Assembly (NCBI GenBank): GCA_041649715.1
Contig: JBAZMP010000001.1
Span: 18,741-82,740, forward strand
Direction of reading: 5' to 3'
Length of the DNA stretch: 64,000 bases
Origin: Patescibacteria group bacterium
Lineage (GTDB): Bacteria > Patescibacteriota > Patescibacteriia > JAXHNJ01
The notes under the pieces were generated by a model, which did not search any database, was not told the origin of the DNA, and was given only the letters and a program-made list of their open reading frames with translations. Shown here piece after piece: positions 27,329-37,052 of this stretch; the first letter of the stretch is position 1; the number at the start of each line of letters is the position of its first letter. The translations under genes were made by a program, and so were the position numbers.

Positions 27329-28801
27329 TTATTTTGCCTTTTTAATTATTTTTACCAATCCATGATTAGCGTTTACGTCAATTAAATCTCCATCTGCCAG
27401 AGATCTTGTGGCGATCTGAGTCCCGGTAATGCAGGGGATATTTAATTCTCTGGAGACAATGGCGGCGTGACAGGTAATTCCGCCTTCATCCGTGATGACC
27501 GCCGCCGCCTTTTTCATAATTGAGACATATTCGGGGCGGGTCATAGAGGCCACAATCACGTCGCCGTTGTCCATTTTAGAAAAATCCTTTTGGTTTAGAA
27601 TAATCTTCGCGATACCAATAACTTTTCCGGGCGAGACGGTTGTTCCCCTGATTTCTGAAGCGGCAATGGTTTTTTCCAGAATTTCAAAGTATTCCTCGGC
27701 GATTGAACCAGAAACGACTTCAAGTTTCGTGGTTTTTCCCGCAAAAACAATGAGACCAATGTTAGCTCTTTTTTTAAGCTCGGCAATCGTTTTTTTATCG
27801 CGTTTTATAATCAGGGGTATTTCATCGGGGACAGCATATTTTAGAAGGTCGATGCCAATCCCAATTTCTTTTGATATTTTTTCAATTATTTCAATAAATA
27901 CATAATTGGCTATCTGGTTGTATTTTTTGCGATCATCGCGATACGTAGTTACCCAATTAAAAAAGTTTAAGAATCGTAAAGTATTTCCGCTTATGGCGTA
28001 TTTATTAATCAAGGCGTTTTTGTTTTTCTTTACTTCTTCAAATTTTTCCAGCCCGTTTATTATACTCTTTACTTCCGCCTGATTTTTTACTAATTCTTTT
28101 AACTTTTTGGAAAAATATTTTTCATCGAGATACTCCGCCTTTTCATAATCATTCTTAAGCCAGTAATAATTGTCAGAATGTTTATTGATTAATTTTTTAA
28201 CTTCAGGCGAGTCAATGCCTTTTTCTTTGGCAATTTTATAAATACTTGAAAGGTCTTTTTGCTCTTTCTGCAAATTGGATAGTTCATCCGGGCTTAGCAG
28301 CGTATTTACATCATTCTTGTCTAGTTTTTCTTTGGTAGGGCCGAAAATAAAATCAATAATTTGGCTTTCGAAAGGATCCAGCAAGTCGATGTATAATGAA
28401 TTTTCCCAAAATTTCATATTCCATTCTAAAAATGACTCGTATTCTTTAATAAAAGATCGTGAAATGACTTTGTTTTTGAGGATAGCGAGCCCTGTTTTTT
28501 CTATTTCTTTGGCCGCGAGATAACAATCATTTTTCAGAGTTTTGAAGAAATCATTATTATTTTTGAGCCGGACAAATATCTTTTTTACCTGCTCGAGCGT
28601 TAAAAAATAATCGAAATAATGATAAAAGGTAAAACCGGTTTTTGTTTTGAGAAAAGTGCCTAAATCATTGGGGAAATAAAAACCCGATTTTTTAAACATC
28701 CTTTCGGAAAGGGCTAAAAAAGGCATCCCGCAACATAAAGGAATTCCTGCCCCGGATTGTCGGTACCACTTGATCGTTTTTACCTTTTTTTTCGTAAGCA
28801 T
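27329..28801 (-). CDS. PEP-utilizing-enzyme swivel domain protein, paralog 3
   Basis: 490 aa. C-terminal ...VIVASMTRPEYVSIMKKAAAVITDEGGITCHAAIVSRELNIPCI. N-terminal ~380 aa is paralog-specific. Confidence 0.7.
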   Translation of the reverse strand: MLTKKKVKTIKWYRQSGAGIPLCCGMPFLALSERMFKKSGFYFPNDLGTFLKTKTGFTFYHYFDYFLTLEQVKKIFVRLKNNNDFFKTLKNDCYLAAKEIEKTGLAILKNKVISRSFIKEYESFLEWNMKFWENSLYIDLLDPFESQIIDFIFGPTKEKLDKNDVNTLLSPDELSNLQKEQKDLSSIYKIAKEKGIDSPEVKKLINKHSDNYYWLKNDYEKAEYLDEKYFSKKLKELVKNQAEVKSIINGLEKFEEVKKNKNALINKYAISGNTLRFLNFFNWVTTYRDDRKKYNQIANYVFIEIIEKISKEIGIGIDLLKYAVPDEIPLIIKRDKKTIAELKKRANIGLIVFAGKTTKLEVVSGSIAEEYFEILEKTIAASEIRGTTVSPGKVIGIAKIILNQKDFSKMDNGDVIVASMTRPEYVSIMKKAAAVITDEGGITCHAAIVSRELNIPCITGTQIATRSLADGDLIDVNANHGLVKIIKKAK

Positions 28802-28817
28802 AAATTGGCTTGTTATA

Positions 28818-30320
28818 TTATTTTCTGATTATTTTAATAATTCTATCTTCCAGACCAAATTCGACCAGATCGCCGTCTTTTAAGACTTTAGTCGCAATTT
28901 TAGTGCCGATAATACAGGGAATGTGCAATTCGCGGCTGACAATCGCCGCGTGGCAGGTGATGCCGCCTTCGTCGGTAATGATCGCTTTGGCTTTTTTCAC
29001 GGCCGGCATCAATTCGGGCCGGGTCATGCTGCAGACGATTATCTCTCCCTTTGTTATTTTGCTTATTTCGCTTGAAGACTGGATTATTTTTACGATTCCC
29101 CGAGCATAACCCTTGGAAGCAATATTGCCCCTGATAACGTTTTGAGTCAAATCGGCTGGCTCAGTAATAATACTTTTAACTTCATAAAGCTTTTGGCGGG
29201 GGATCGTTTCTACACGCGTACGAGTGCCGATAAAGCCGAATTTTTGTTTTCTTTCGGGCAATGATTTTAGCGGTTTTGTATCTTCAAAAATACTTGTTAT
29301 TTCATGTGGGGTAAGAAATTCAAGGTCAGACAATTTTAATTTCAGCCGTTTGGCGATTTGACCGTTTAAGATATGTAGCCAGTAATTCGCTTTCATATTG
29401 GCCATTTTGCGCAGGTCTTGCCAGAGAGTCGTCATTTCTACCAGCTTTACCAGGGTTTTTATCTCTTTGCCAAGTTTATATTTGCCGATGATTTTATCCT
29501 TTATTTTTTTGTCTTTCGCATTTTTCTTCAGGGATGCATTTAGGGATATTTTATGCAATTCTTTTTTAAAATAAGCGAGATCCAGATTTCTATTTCTGGC
29601 GTAGCTGCTTTTTATCCAATAATAATTCTGGAAGTATTCATCATAAGCTTTTGCAAAATTTCGCTTCCGCGCGTGAAGCTTATGCTTTTTGGCTAAGAAT
29701 GCCAGAAATTCTTTTTCTTTTTCTAGAAAAGATTTTTCCGCGGGGTTAGTCAGTTCTGAGACAATTTGCGGGACGAGTTTATCGTTCTTTATTTTTTTCG
29801 AAATAATATCTGGAAAATATTCATCCATTAAAAAACCGAAACCGTCGGTAATCAAGGCGAGACTGTATTCTTTGACATAGGTCCGGTAAAATTCGGCATA
29901 AAGTCCGGTTAATTGATGATTTGTCAGTTTTGGTAACTTCGTATTTAATAAGCTGATGCAAAGTCGATTGAATGATGCAAAATAATTTTTCCAGGTATTA
30001 TGGATGATTAATGCCCGTCCCTTTTCGGCAGCCGATAAAAAATATCGGCCTACTTCCAGCGCCTGATTTTTTTCCATGGCATAGGTGGCATGACCGTGAA
30101 TAACCAGGCAGACTAGGGGAGTGTAATCGCGGAGGAAGTGCTTGGCTAATTCCAGAGTGGCGGATTCCACAACCGGATAAATCGTGGCCACTGTCGCTTC
30201 GCCTGACTGGACGATAAATTCATGACCTTTGAGTAGATTGACAATATTGTTCGTTTTTCGCGCCCCTTTTTTTCTAGCGGAAATTATTTTTCTACTCATT
30301 TCCTTAATATTATTTTTCAT
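28818..30320 (-). CDS. PEP-utilizing-enzyme swivel domain protein, paralog 2
   Basis: 500 aa. C-terminal ...IIVCSMTRPELMPAVKKAKAIITDEGGITCHAAIVSRELHIPCI. Shares the YYWIK/YYWLK central motif with paralog 3. Confidence 0.7.
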   Translation of the reverse strand: MKNNIKEMSRKIISARKKGARKTNNIVNLLKGHEFIVQSGEATVATIYPVVESATLELAKHFLRDYTPLVCLVIHGHATYAMEKNQALEVGRYFLSAAEKGRALIIHNTWKNYFASFNRLCISLLNTKLPKLTNHQLTGLYAEFYRTYVKEYSLALITDGFGFLMDEYFPDIISKKIKNDKLVPQIVSELTNPAEKSFLEKEKEFLAFLAKKHKLHARKRNFAKAYDEYFQNYYWIKSSYARNRNLDLAYFKKELHKISLNASLKKNAKDKKIKDKIIGKYKLGKEIKTLVKLVEMTTLWQDLRKMANMKANYWLHILNGQIAKRLKLKLSDLEFLTPHEITSIFEDTKPLKSLPERKQKFGFIGTRTRVETIPRQKLYEVKSIITEPADLTQNVIRGNIASKGYARGIVKIIQSSSEISKITKGEIIVCSMTRPELMPAVKKAKAIITDEGGITCHAAIVSRELHIPCIIGTKIATKVLKDGDLVEFGLEDRIIKIIRK

Positions 30321-31119
30321 AAGATTCGGCTAGTTCTTCAAGCTTGTCCATATCTACGCTATATTCTTGTCCGCGGAAATTAACGGATAATTTCTTTTCG
30401 CCCTTTTCGTCAATATTGAGGGAAAATTCCATGCCCTCGGCAAAATTAAGCGCGCCCCCGATTTCTTCCAGCTTTTCGAAACCGGTAATTTCCCTATCCT
30501 TATCTTTTCTGATCAAGATCTCTTTTAACAGCGCTTCGGGCAGGCCCTGGTGCGTCACATTAACTAGGTCGATATTTGAACCGGAATACAGTCTTTTCGC
30601 CATTCGTGAATATCGATTTAGAACATAGGCTAAAGACTCGGCCACTTCATGGGGCGATAAAGTATCTGGGTCGGGTCTTTCTTTGCCGAAGTTTAAATAC
30701 CAATCGGTGGCCGTGTCGGGATCATTTTTTGCCAACTCATTAAATTTTTTCATGAATTCCTCGGATAAAGGCGGCATGCCTATTTCGGCCCTAATTCGGG
30801 TATTTAACTTTTTATCGTGCGGTGCTCCTTCGATAACTTTTTCTACGGTTTCCAGCGCTCTTTTTACCGGACTGGAATAGCCCTTGATCGCGTCTCTTTT
30901 TTCCAGATCTTCTCCAAATTTAGTAGCTTGTTGTTTGCCTTCTTCTGTTAAAGTTCCGGTTAGATCTTTTGCTCCGTGCCGCATAAAAAATACATGCATT
31001 TCGACATTACTTCCAAATCGGTTTTCCGGTGTTTCTAGATGACTGATTCGTGGCTCATTTTCCATATTTTTATATTTACAATTGCTCAAATTTTTCAGCC
31101 GCCAGCTTTTTGAATTCAT
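30310..31119 (-). CDS. histidine phosphatase superfamily protein (phosphoglycerate-mutase-like)
   Basis: 269 aa. FFMRHGAKDLTGTLTEEGKQQA carries the RHG catalytic motif. Confidence 0.6.
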   Translation of the reverse strand: MNSKSWRLKNLSNCKYKNMENEPRISHLETPENRFGSNVEMHVFFMRHGAKDLTGTLTEEGKQQATKFGEDLEKRDAIKGYSSPVKRALETVEKVIEGAPHDKKLNTRIRAEIGMPPLSEEFMKKFNELAKNDPDTATDWYLNFGKERPDPDTLSPHEVAESLAYVLNRYSRMAKRLYSGSNIDLVNVTHQGLPEALLKEILIRKDKDREITGFEKLEEIGGALNFAEGMEFSLNIDEKGEKKLSVNFRGQEYSVDMDKLEELAESYEK

Positions 31120-31666
31120 TAAAAAAGAAAGAATCTAAAGATTTTTTCAGCAGTTTTAGAATTGCGGTCTTGTTTTTGAACCTCTTTTTTACTTTTTCGA
31201 TTCGCTCGGCGGAAAATCTGTCCAAATGATCAATGTCGTGGAACAATTTTTTGTTATGAGTATTATAAGCCTTGTTGAGGTTAATGCCGGTTAGCGTGTC
31301 GGCATCGTGCAGGCTGATGATGTCGACTATTTCTTTTATTTTTTCTTTTGGGTAATGGAGGGAAGTTAAAATGGTTTTAGCGATTTTCGCTCCGACGAGC
31401 ATATGCACTAATTTGCCGTTAGTTAGCACTTCCGAGCCGGCGACCCATTTAAAGTGTTCTTCCAGGAGGCCGGCATGGCCGATATCATGCATCATGGCGA
31501 CCGGTATTAAGATATCTTGGTCCATTTTCAATTTCCCGCGATAGTTAGTGATAATATTTACAGTTTCTTGGGCATGGCCCAAGTCATCCGGCCGCCCAGC
31601 CCTTAATAAGGGAAGACTTTTTTTCCATATTTTCCGGTATTTCGCCGGAGCGATGAACTTTTTCAT
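31076..31666 (-). CDS. HD-domain phosphohydrolase
   Basis: 196 aa. H...HD...H...D metal ligands (HAQETVNI, MMHDIGH, LHDAD). Confidence 0.7.
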   Translation of the reverse strand: MKKFIAPAKYRKIWKKSLPLLRAGRPDDLGHAQETVNIITNYRGKLKMDQDILIPVAMMHDIGHAGLLEEHFKWVAGSEVLTNGKLVHMLVGAKIAKTILTSLHYPKEKIKEIVDIISLHDADTLTGINLNKAYNTHNKKLFHDIDHLDRFSAERIEKVKKRFKNKTAILKLLKKSLDSFFFNEFKKLAAEKFEQL

Positions 31667-31670
31667 AAAA

Positions 31671-33098
31671 TTATAAGATAATTTTTATAATTCCATTGTT
31701 AGCGTCAATTTCCACTTGTTGGCCGTCTTTCAGAGCCTTGGTCGCCATTTTCGTCCCGATAATGCAGGGTATATTCAATTCCCGGCTGACGATAGCGGCG
31801 TGGCAGGTGATGCCGCCTTCATCCGTAATGATGCCGATCGCTTTTTTGAGCAGAGGGACGAATTCTGGTCGCGTCATGCTGGTTACCAGAATTTCTCCTT
31901 GTTTAAATTTAGAAAAATCTTTAGCGCTTAGAACGATTTTCACCGTACCTTTAACATGGCCTCGATTAGCGACATTGCCTTTTATTTCCGAGATTTTTCC
32001 GCTTAAATTAAATATTTCTTTATAGATATTATTCTTTGCTTTTTCAAAGTCAGCGTATTCGATTTCCGGGCCCTTTTTGCCAAAGAAGATGATAAAGCCC
32101 TTTTTCCTTCGTGTTAATTCCGCTTTGAATTTTTTTTGCTTGTAATGCTTCGTAACAAAATCTTTATACATGGTGTATATAATATTCTTTTCGGGTAAAT
32201 CTAGCCTTAAAAACATTTCCCGGATAGCATTGGAGAGCACGGCGTTTAGCTTATAAACGGATTCTTTACGCACATCTCTGATGTAGATGGCGATTTTTAT
32301 ATAATCAAATAAATCTCTCGTTTTTTTTGTTAAGGTTCGGCGATATTTTTCTACCAAAATTTTGTTTTGCCTAATCTGTTTTTGTAGCTTATTCTCTTCA
32401 TTTTTGATTCTTTGTAAGCCACCCAGTTCTTGAAGGTTTTGACGGGCTAATTTCAAGCAATCTTTTAGTTTTGGCGTATAAAGATAGTTGGCAAAAACCC
32501 ACTGGTTTTCTTTGTTTTTTGATTTATTAAAATCTATGAGCCCTGCCTGGCTTTTGTAAACAAAGGGAGTGAAATCGGTTAGCTGACTTAGATGCATAAA
32601 CTTCTGAAAATTTATCTTTGTTTTCATCCGGTCAAAATATTCTTTAACAATATGCTCATCCAGGGCCTCAGAAAACAAGGTGATAACCTGCCAATCCCTT
32701 AATTTTTCAAAAGTATTTATGATCAATTGTTCAAGCTCGCGAAGATTTAACATTTTTAACCTTGAAGGATAATATTGGCGGTAAATATGGTTAAAATCTT
32801 GGTCGATTTTTTTAAAATCAGCAAGCTCGGTAAATTTCTTTCTATTTTTCAGATATTTTTCCAAAGCTTGTTTGGTGGAAGCGGTATATTGGTTATTATT
32901 AAAAAATCCAATACCCCTTTTTCCGCCCAAAAGTAAGGCTAAAGAACCAAAATCACCCCTAAAATATTTTTTCTTAAGAGGCGAATATATAAGAAGACAA
33001 GAAGTTCCCCAAACCAAAGAGGAGAAATTTCCTTCGTGTTTGGTAATTTCCCGGTCCTTGTTGTCTTTAATGAATTTTTCTATTAATTTGTATTTCAT
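31671..33098 (-). CDS. PEP-utilizing-enzyme swivel domain protein, paralog 1
   Basis: 475 aa. C-terminal ...ILVTSMTRPEFVPLLKKAIGIITDEGGITCHAAIVSRELNIPCI. The annotated ATG abuts the tRNA-Ala 3' end, so the true start may be an internal Met. Confidence 0.65.
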   Translation of the reverse strand: MKYKLIEKFIKDNKDREITKHEGNFSSLVWGTSCLLIYSPLKKKYFRGDFGSLALLLGGKRGIGFFNNNQYTASTKQALEKYLKNRKKFTELADFKKIDQDFNHIYRQYYPSRLKMLNLRELEQLIINTFEKLRDWQVITLFSEALDEHIVKEYFDRMKTKINFQKFMHLSQLTDFTPFVYKSQAGLIDFNKSKNKENQWVFANYLYTPKLKDCLKLARQNLQELGGLQRIKNEENKLQKQIRQNKILVEKYRRTLTKKTRDLFDYIKIAIYIRDVRKESVYKLNAVLSNAIREMFLRLDLPEKNIIYTMYKDFVTKHYKQKKFKAELTRRKKGFIIFFGKKGPEIEYADFEKAKNNIYKEIFNLSGKISEIKGNVANRGHVKGTVKIVLSAKDFSKFKQGEILVTSMTRPEFVPLLKKAIGIITDEGGITCHAAIVSRELNIPCIIGTKMATKALKDGQQVEIDANNGIIKIIL

Positions 33099-33100
33099 TT

Positions 33101-33177
33101 TGGTGGACCCGAGCGGATTCGAACCGCTGATCTCCTCATTGCAAATGAGGTGTTCTAGCCAGCTGAACTACGGGCCC
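33101..33177 (-). tRNA. tRNA-Ala (anticodon TGC), CCA encoded
   Basis: Cloverleaf gggcccg/tagttcagctggctagaac/cctca-tttgcaa-tgagg/T-arm ggttcgaatcc. G3:U70 Ala identity pair. Confidence 0.85.
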
Positions 33178-33183
33178 AAAAGT

Positions 33184-33453
33184 TTATTCCGAAATAGTCG
33201 TCGTCTGGTCTAAAGAGGAAGAGGTAGACTTGAATATTTTACTGATACATCCGCCGAGGCAACCGGTTAGGGCCAAAAAAGTGCCGATAATAATGATCAG
33301 GCCGATAAGCTTGATAAATATCTTGGTCCCGCCCTCGCTGCCCAGGTGAGCTTCCGCCCAGTCGATCGGGCCGGTAAAATTATAAAACCACTCCGTTTTG
33401 ACAACGAGGAGAGAACCCACAATAATGGCGATGCCTCCAATAACGTAGTTCAT
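33184..33453 (-). CDS. small membrane protein (2 TM), hypothetical
   Basis: 89 aa. IGGIAIIVGSLLVV and LIGLIIIIGTFLALTG hydrophobic spans. Confidence 0.4.
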   Translation of the reverse strand: MNYVIGGIAIIVGSLLVVKTEWFYNFTGPIDWAEAHLGSEGGTKIFIKLIGLIIIIGTFLALTGCLGGCISKIFKSTSSSLDQTTTISE

Positions 33454-33469
33454 ATATTTGTTATGGTGG

Positions 33470-33590
33470 GCAACGAGGGTTTTAAAACCCTCGACCTTAC
33501 GGACCCGCCCGCCTTGACTGCCATCAAGGCAGTCAAGGCGGGTGTAAACCGTACGCTCTAACTCCCGAATGTTTTCGGGACGTCGGGACT
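33470..33590 (-). pseudogene. degenerate tRNA-Val(UAC)-like copy carrying a 39-nt perfect-hairpin insertion between anticodon-loop positions 37 and 38
   Basis: Minus strand reads gttagagcg-tacgg-tttaca[cccgcc...gggcggg]t-ccgta-aggtc-gaggg-ttttaaaa-ccctc. D-arm and anticodon arm are tRNA-like. The T-loop is degenerate and there is no acceptor stem. Insert spans 33504-33542. Confidence 0.4.
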
Positions 33591-33839
33591 AGTCGCCCAC
33601 TATTTTATTGATAATCTTTGCGCTTTTCTTACCTTTTTGGGATTTTTCTCTTTTATAAGCCAACCTTCTATCCAGATATTTTTCTAATCGGAGGAGAATA
33701 AACGGTCGTCGATGTTGAGTAGCTTTCGATAAGCCTCAATTATGTTCTCAAAAAACATTTCTTGAAGTTATTTGTTACGCCAATATAATATTAATTATCT
33801 TTTTGGCTTTTTATTATATAGACATGATACATATTACCG

Positions 33840-33913
<74 letters not shown>

Positions 33914-33923
33914 AGAATTATAA

Positions 33924-34006
33924 TGCGGACGGAGGGAGTTGAACCCTCATGCCAAAAATGGCCAGGAGCCTCAGTCCTGCGCGTATACCAATTCCGCCAC
34001 GTCCGC
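33924..34006 (-). tRNA. tRNA-Leu (anticodon GAG), long variable arm
   Basis: gcggacg/tggcggaattggtatacgcgc/cagga-ctgaggc-tcctg/long variable arm gccatttttggc/T-arm gagggttcaactccctc. Confidence 0.8.
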
Positions 34007-34048
34007 ATGAAAATAGATTTTTGTTAAAAAACTCAACACTGGATTTAG

Positions 34049-34130
34049 GGCGTATACCACCCCGAACCACTAAAGGGTTCGGGGTAGCCCTGAACTCTTC
34101 AGTAGTTCAGGGCAATTCCGCCACGTCCGC
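34049..34130 (-). pseudogene. 5' fragment of a tRNA-Leu-like gene with a 55-nt double-hairpin insertion in the D-loop, truncated after the D-arm
   Basis: Minus strand reads gcggacgtggcggaattg[ccctgaac..gttcaggg + ccccgaacc..ggttcgggg]gtatacgcc. The acceptor/D-arm is identical to the adjacent tRNA-Leu. No anticodon or T arm follows. Confidence 0.45.
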
Positions 34131-34136
34131 CTGTTT

Positions 34137-34448
34137 TTACTTGGCTTCGGTTAATTTTCTCGCTTTTGAGGAACGAAGATGATAAAGCTTTGAGCGCCTG
34201 ACTTTATATTTTCTTGTTACTTCTATTTTTTTGATCGTCGGCGAATAAAGGGGGAATATTTTTTCCACGCCGATGCCTTCGGAGATCTTCCGCACTGTGA
34301 AAGTTTTGTTTTCGCCCTTGTTGCGGATAGCGATGACAATGCCTTCAAATATCTGGGTTCTTTCCTTGCCGCCTTCTTTGATTTTTTGGTGGACTTTTAT
34401 CTGATATCCTGGCCGCAGATCCGGCAGTTTTTCTTGGTTTTCGGTCAT
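34137..34448 (-). CDS. rplS: 50S ribosomal protein L19
   Basis: 103 aa. GDxVxVxxKIxEGxKERxQxFEGVVIAxRNxG signature. Confidence 0.9.
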   Translation of the reverse strand: MTENQEKLPDLRPGYQIKVHQKIKEGGKERTQIFEGIVIAIRNKGENKTFTVRKISEGIGVEKIFPLYSPTIKKIEVTRKYKVRRSKLYHLRSSKARKLTEAK

Positions 34449-34509
34449 AAATTTAATTTGTTTTAAAATAATTAACTTCTTTATAGTATAGAGAAAAACG
34501 AGCGTCCCG

Positions 34510-35433
34510 TCAAGTCTGTCCCTTTAATTCATTTAAAATCGTTGAAAGCTCCGGAGGCAGTTTTTGGCTGAATTCCAACCACTGATTGTTCAGGCTATAA
34601 AAACCCAGTTTGTCGGCGTGCAGAAAAATGCGATTGAGCCGAATTTTTTCCTTTATTTTCTTGTTTTTGTAGAGTTGATCACCGACAATCGGAACCCCCA
34701 GGGCCTTCAAGTGGACGCGAATCTGGTGGGTGCGGCCGGTATATGTTCTTATTTCAAGATAAGTATAATTTGAATAGCGCTTGATGACCCTATAATGGGT
34801 TATCGCTTTTTCACCCGTTTGGTTTTGAGGCCGGGCGACAAATTTGCCTTCTTTGCCGCGGGCAATGGGAAAATCGATCAATCCTTCTTCTTTTATCAAC
34901 CGGCCGGTCACTAAAGCCAGATATTCCTTTTTGACCAGGTGGGACTGGAACAGATTTTTCAGATGGATAAATGATTTTTGGTTTTTTGCCACGACCATCA
35001 GGCCGGAAACGTCTTTATCCAGGCGATGGACGATGCCCGGTCGGCTAGGGTCTTCCCCGACGGAAAGCAAGGAAGGCAAGTGGGCGAGCAGGCGGTTGAC
35101 CAGCGTTTTTTCCCGGCAACTTTCCGCCGGATGAACAGCCAGGCCCGCTTCTTTATTAACGACCAAAAAATCGTCGTCCTCAAAAACGATTTGGAGAGGT
35201 TTTTTTTCGTCAGGCGTAAGGTCGATTTTGGCCGGCTCTTCCGGAGTAATTTCCACTTGATCGCCCCCTTTTAGGAAAAGGTGGACCGGGGGATTTTTTC
35301 CGTTGACCAAGACCATCCCCTTTTTGATCAATTTTTGCAGGTGGGCGCGGGAATATTGCGGATATTGCCGGCATAAGAATTTATCCAGCCTCTCTTTGGC
35401 GGCGTCGTTTTCCACGTTTAGCGTCTGTTTCAT
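34510..35433 (-). CDS. rluD: RluA-family 23S rRNA pseudouridine synthase (RluD-like) with N-terminal S4 domain
   Basis: 307 aa. RLDKFL S4 domain. [16 protein letters not shown] catalytic Asp motif. Confidence 0.85.
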   Translation of the reverse strand: MKQTLNVENDAAKERLDKFLCRQYPQYSRAHLQKLIKKGMVLVNGKNPPVHLFLKGGDQVEITPEEPAKIDLTPDEKKPLQIVFEDDDFLVVNKEAGLAVHPAESCREKTLVNRLLAHLPSLLSVGEDPSRPGIVHRLDKDVSGLMVVAKNQKSFIHLKNLFQSHLVKKEYLALVTGRLIKEEGLIDFPIARGKEGKFVARPQNQTGEKAITHYRVIKRYSNYTYLEIRTYTGRTHQIRVHLKALGVPIVGDQLYKNKKIKEKIRLNRIFLHADKLGFYSLNNQWLEFSQKLPPELSTILNELKGQT

Positions 35434-36914
35434 TTTAGGAGTTTTTTAACTAGGCTCATCGCTTCTTTTTTCGTGTTTATTTCCTTATTAAGCTGTTTTT
35501 CCCGCGCGGCGGCCAGCAGTCCGCCGATCAAGGGGCCTTGAGGCAGGTCAAAATTTTTCATAATCTCGTGGCCGTTGATCAGGGGCGGCGGCAGGCTTTT
35601 TCTTTTTTTATCCAGGGCTTTCAATTCCTCAAGCCTTTTCAGCATTCTTTTCAGATGGCGGGTGTTGGGTTTTCCTTTTCGCGGCAGACTGGCGAGAATA
35701 TCGGCGAGCATGATCCTGACCAGTTTTTCGCCCGGCACGAGAGGGTTAAAAAAAAGTTTTTCCACGGTGCTCGCTTTCAAGTGATACGGATCGTCAATGA
35801 TCAAAAGCATATGCCGGCCGACCAGCCAAACGACGTTTTCTTTTTTTATTTCACCCGTGCTTTCCAGCTTTAGGCGGTTGATGATCCTTTCGGCGATTTG
35901 CGCGCCCTGGCGGTCGTGCCGGTTAAAGCGGATGCGGTCCACGCCGTCTTTTTCCGGCGTCTGCAGGGTCGGCACTTTGCCGATATCGTGGAAAAGAAGG
36001 GCCAGGATGATCTCCAGGTCGTCCGTTCTTTCCGGCACGAATCTTAAAAATTCCGGGGAATTCAGCTTTTCCAAAGCGAGGCGGGTGTGGGCGTAGACGT
36101 CGCCTTCGGTGTGGAATTGCGGCGGTTGCGGCGTTTTTTTCATCGCATCCATTTCCGGCAGCAAAATCGGCAAAGCGCCGCTCAAGTTGAACAGATCAAG
36201 CGTTTCCAGCGGATTGGCTTTCAGGGCTTTCAAGAATTCTTTGGCGATGCTTTCCCGCGGCACCACTTTATCTTTCAGATGTTTTATCAGTTTCTTTATC
36301 GCCCGCCAGGTTTTTCTCTCGATTTGAAAATTTAGCTGAACGGCAAATCTTAAGGCCCGAAGCAGCCGGGAATAATCCTCTCTGAATCTTAGTTCCGGCC
36401 GGCCGACCGCCCGGATTTTTTTGGCGGCGAGATCAGCCAGTCCGCCCTGGGGGTCGATTAATCTTTTTTCCTTCACCTCGAAGGCCATGGCATTGATGGT
36501 GAAATCGCGCCGGGACAGATCCTTTTCAATGGGAAGTTTGTAGTCTGATTGAATTTTAAAATCTTTATACCCGCCGGTCAAACCCAGAGAATGTTCGGTC
36601 CGCGGAAGGGCGATATCCACGCTTTCTATCCGGCTGTTTCTCGGGATGAACTTAAAAACCCCGAAAGATCTGCCGACCAAATTGACTTTGCCTATTTTTT
36701 TCAAGAAATTTTCCAAGCTTTTTGGCGGCACGTTTCCGACCACAAAATCGTAATCTTTGGTTTTTCTTTTCAGAATGATATCCCTGACGGCGCCGCCGAC
36801 CAGGTAAACTTTTGCTTTCGGAAAATTCTTGATGATTTTGTTTACAAAACTTAAACCCGGCTCATTTTTCAGGGCTTTTAAAAAGATGTCGTTTCTGGCG
36901 GTAATCTTGGTCAT
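35430..36914 (-). CDS. cca: CCA-adding enzyme / tRNA nucleotidyltransferase with HD domain
   Basis: 494 aa. KVYLVGGAVRDIIL ... DFTINAMA polymerase-beta head. LLFHDIGK HD domain. Confidence 0.8.
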   Translation of the reverse strand: MTKITARNDIFLKALKNEPGLSFVNKIIKNFPKAKVYLVGGAVRDIILKRKTKDYDFVVGNVPPKSLENFLKKIGKVNLVGRSFGVFKFIPRNSRIESVDIALPRTEHSLGLTGGYKDFKIQSDYKLPIEKDLSRRDFTINAMAFEVKEKRLIDPQGGLADLAAKKIRAVGRPELRFREDYSRLLRALRFAVQLNFQIERKTWRAIKKLIKHLKDKVVPRESIAKEFLKALKANPLETLDLFNLSGALPILLPEMDAMKKTPQPPQFHTEGDVYAHTRLALEKLNSPEFLRFVPERTDDLEIILALLFHDIGKVPTLQTPEKDGVDRIRFNRHDRQGAQIAERIINRLKLESTGEIKKENVVWLVGRHMLLIIDDPYHLKASTVEKLFFNPLVPGEKLVRIMLADILASLPRKGKPNTRHLKRMLKRLEELKALDKKRKSLPPPLINGHEIMKNFDLPQGPLIGGLLAAAREKQLNKEINTKKEAMSLVKKLLK

Positions 36915-36945
36915 TGCTTTCTTATTCTACCATTGCCATCTTCTC

Positions 36946-36985
36946 TTGACAAAGAAGATAAAATAGGCTAAGATGGATTATTCTC
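36946..36985 (+). promoter_or_regulatory. promoter TTGACA-N17-TAAGAT
   Basis: tctcTTGACAaagaagataaaataggcTAAGATgg upstream of the 37053 CDS. Confidence 0.45.
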
Positions 36986-37052
36986 ATGTTCTTTTTGATA
37001 GATTTCTGAACTAAACCTTTTTAAAAAGGACCTTTTTAAAAAGGAGTGAGTC

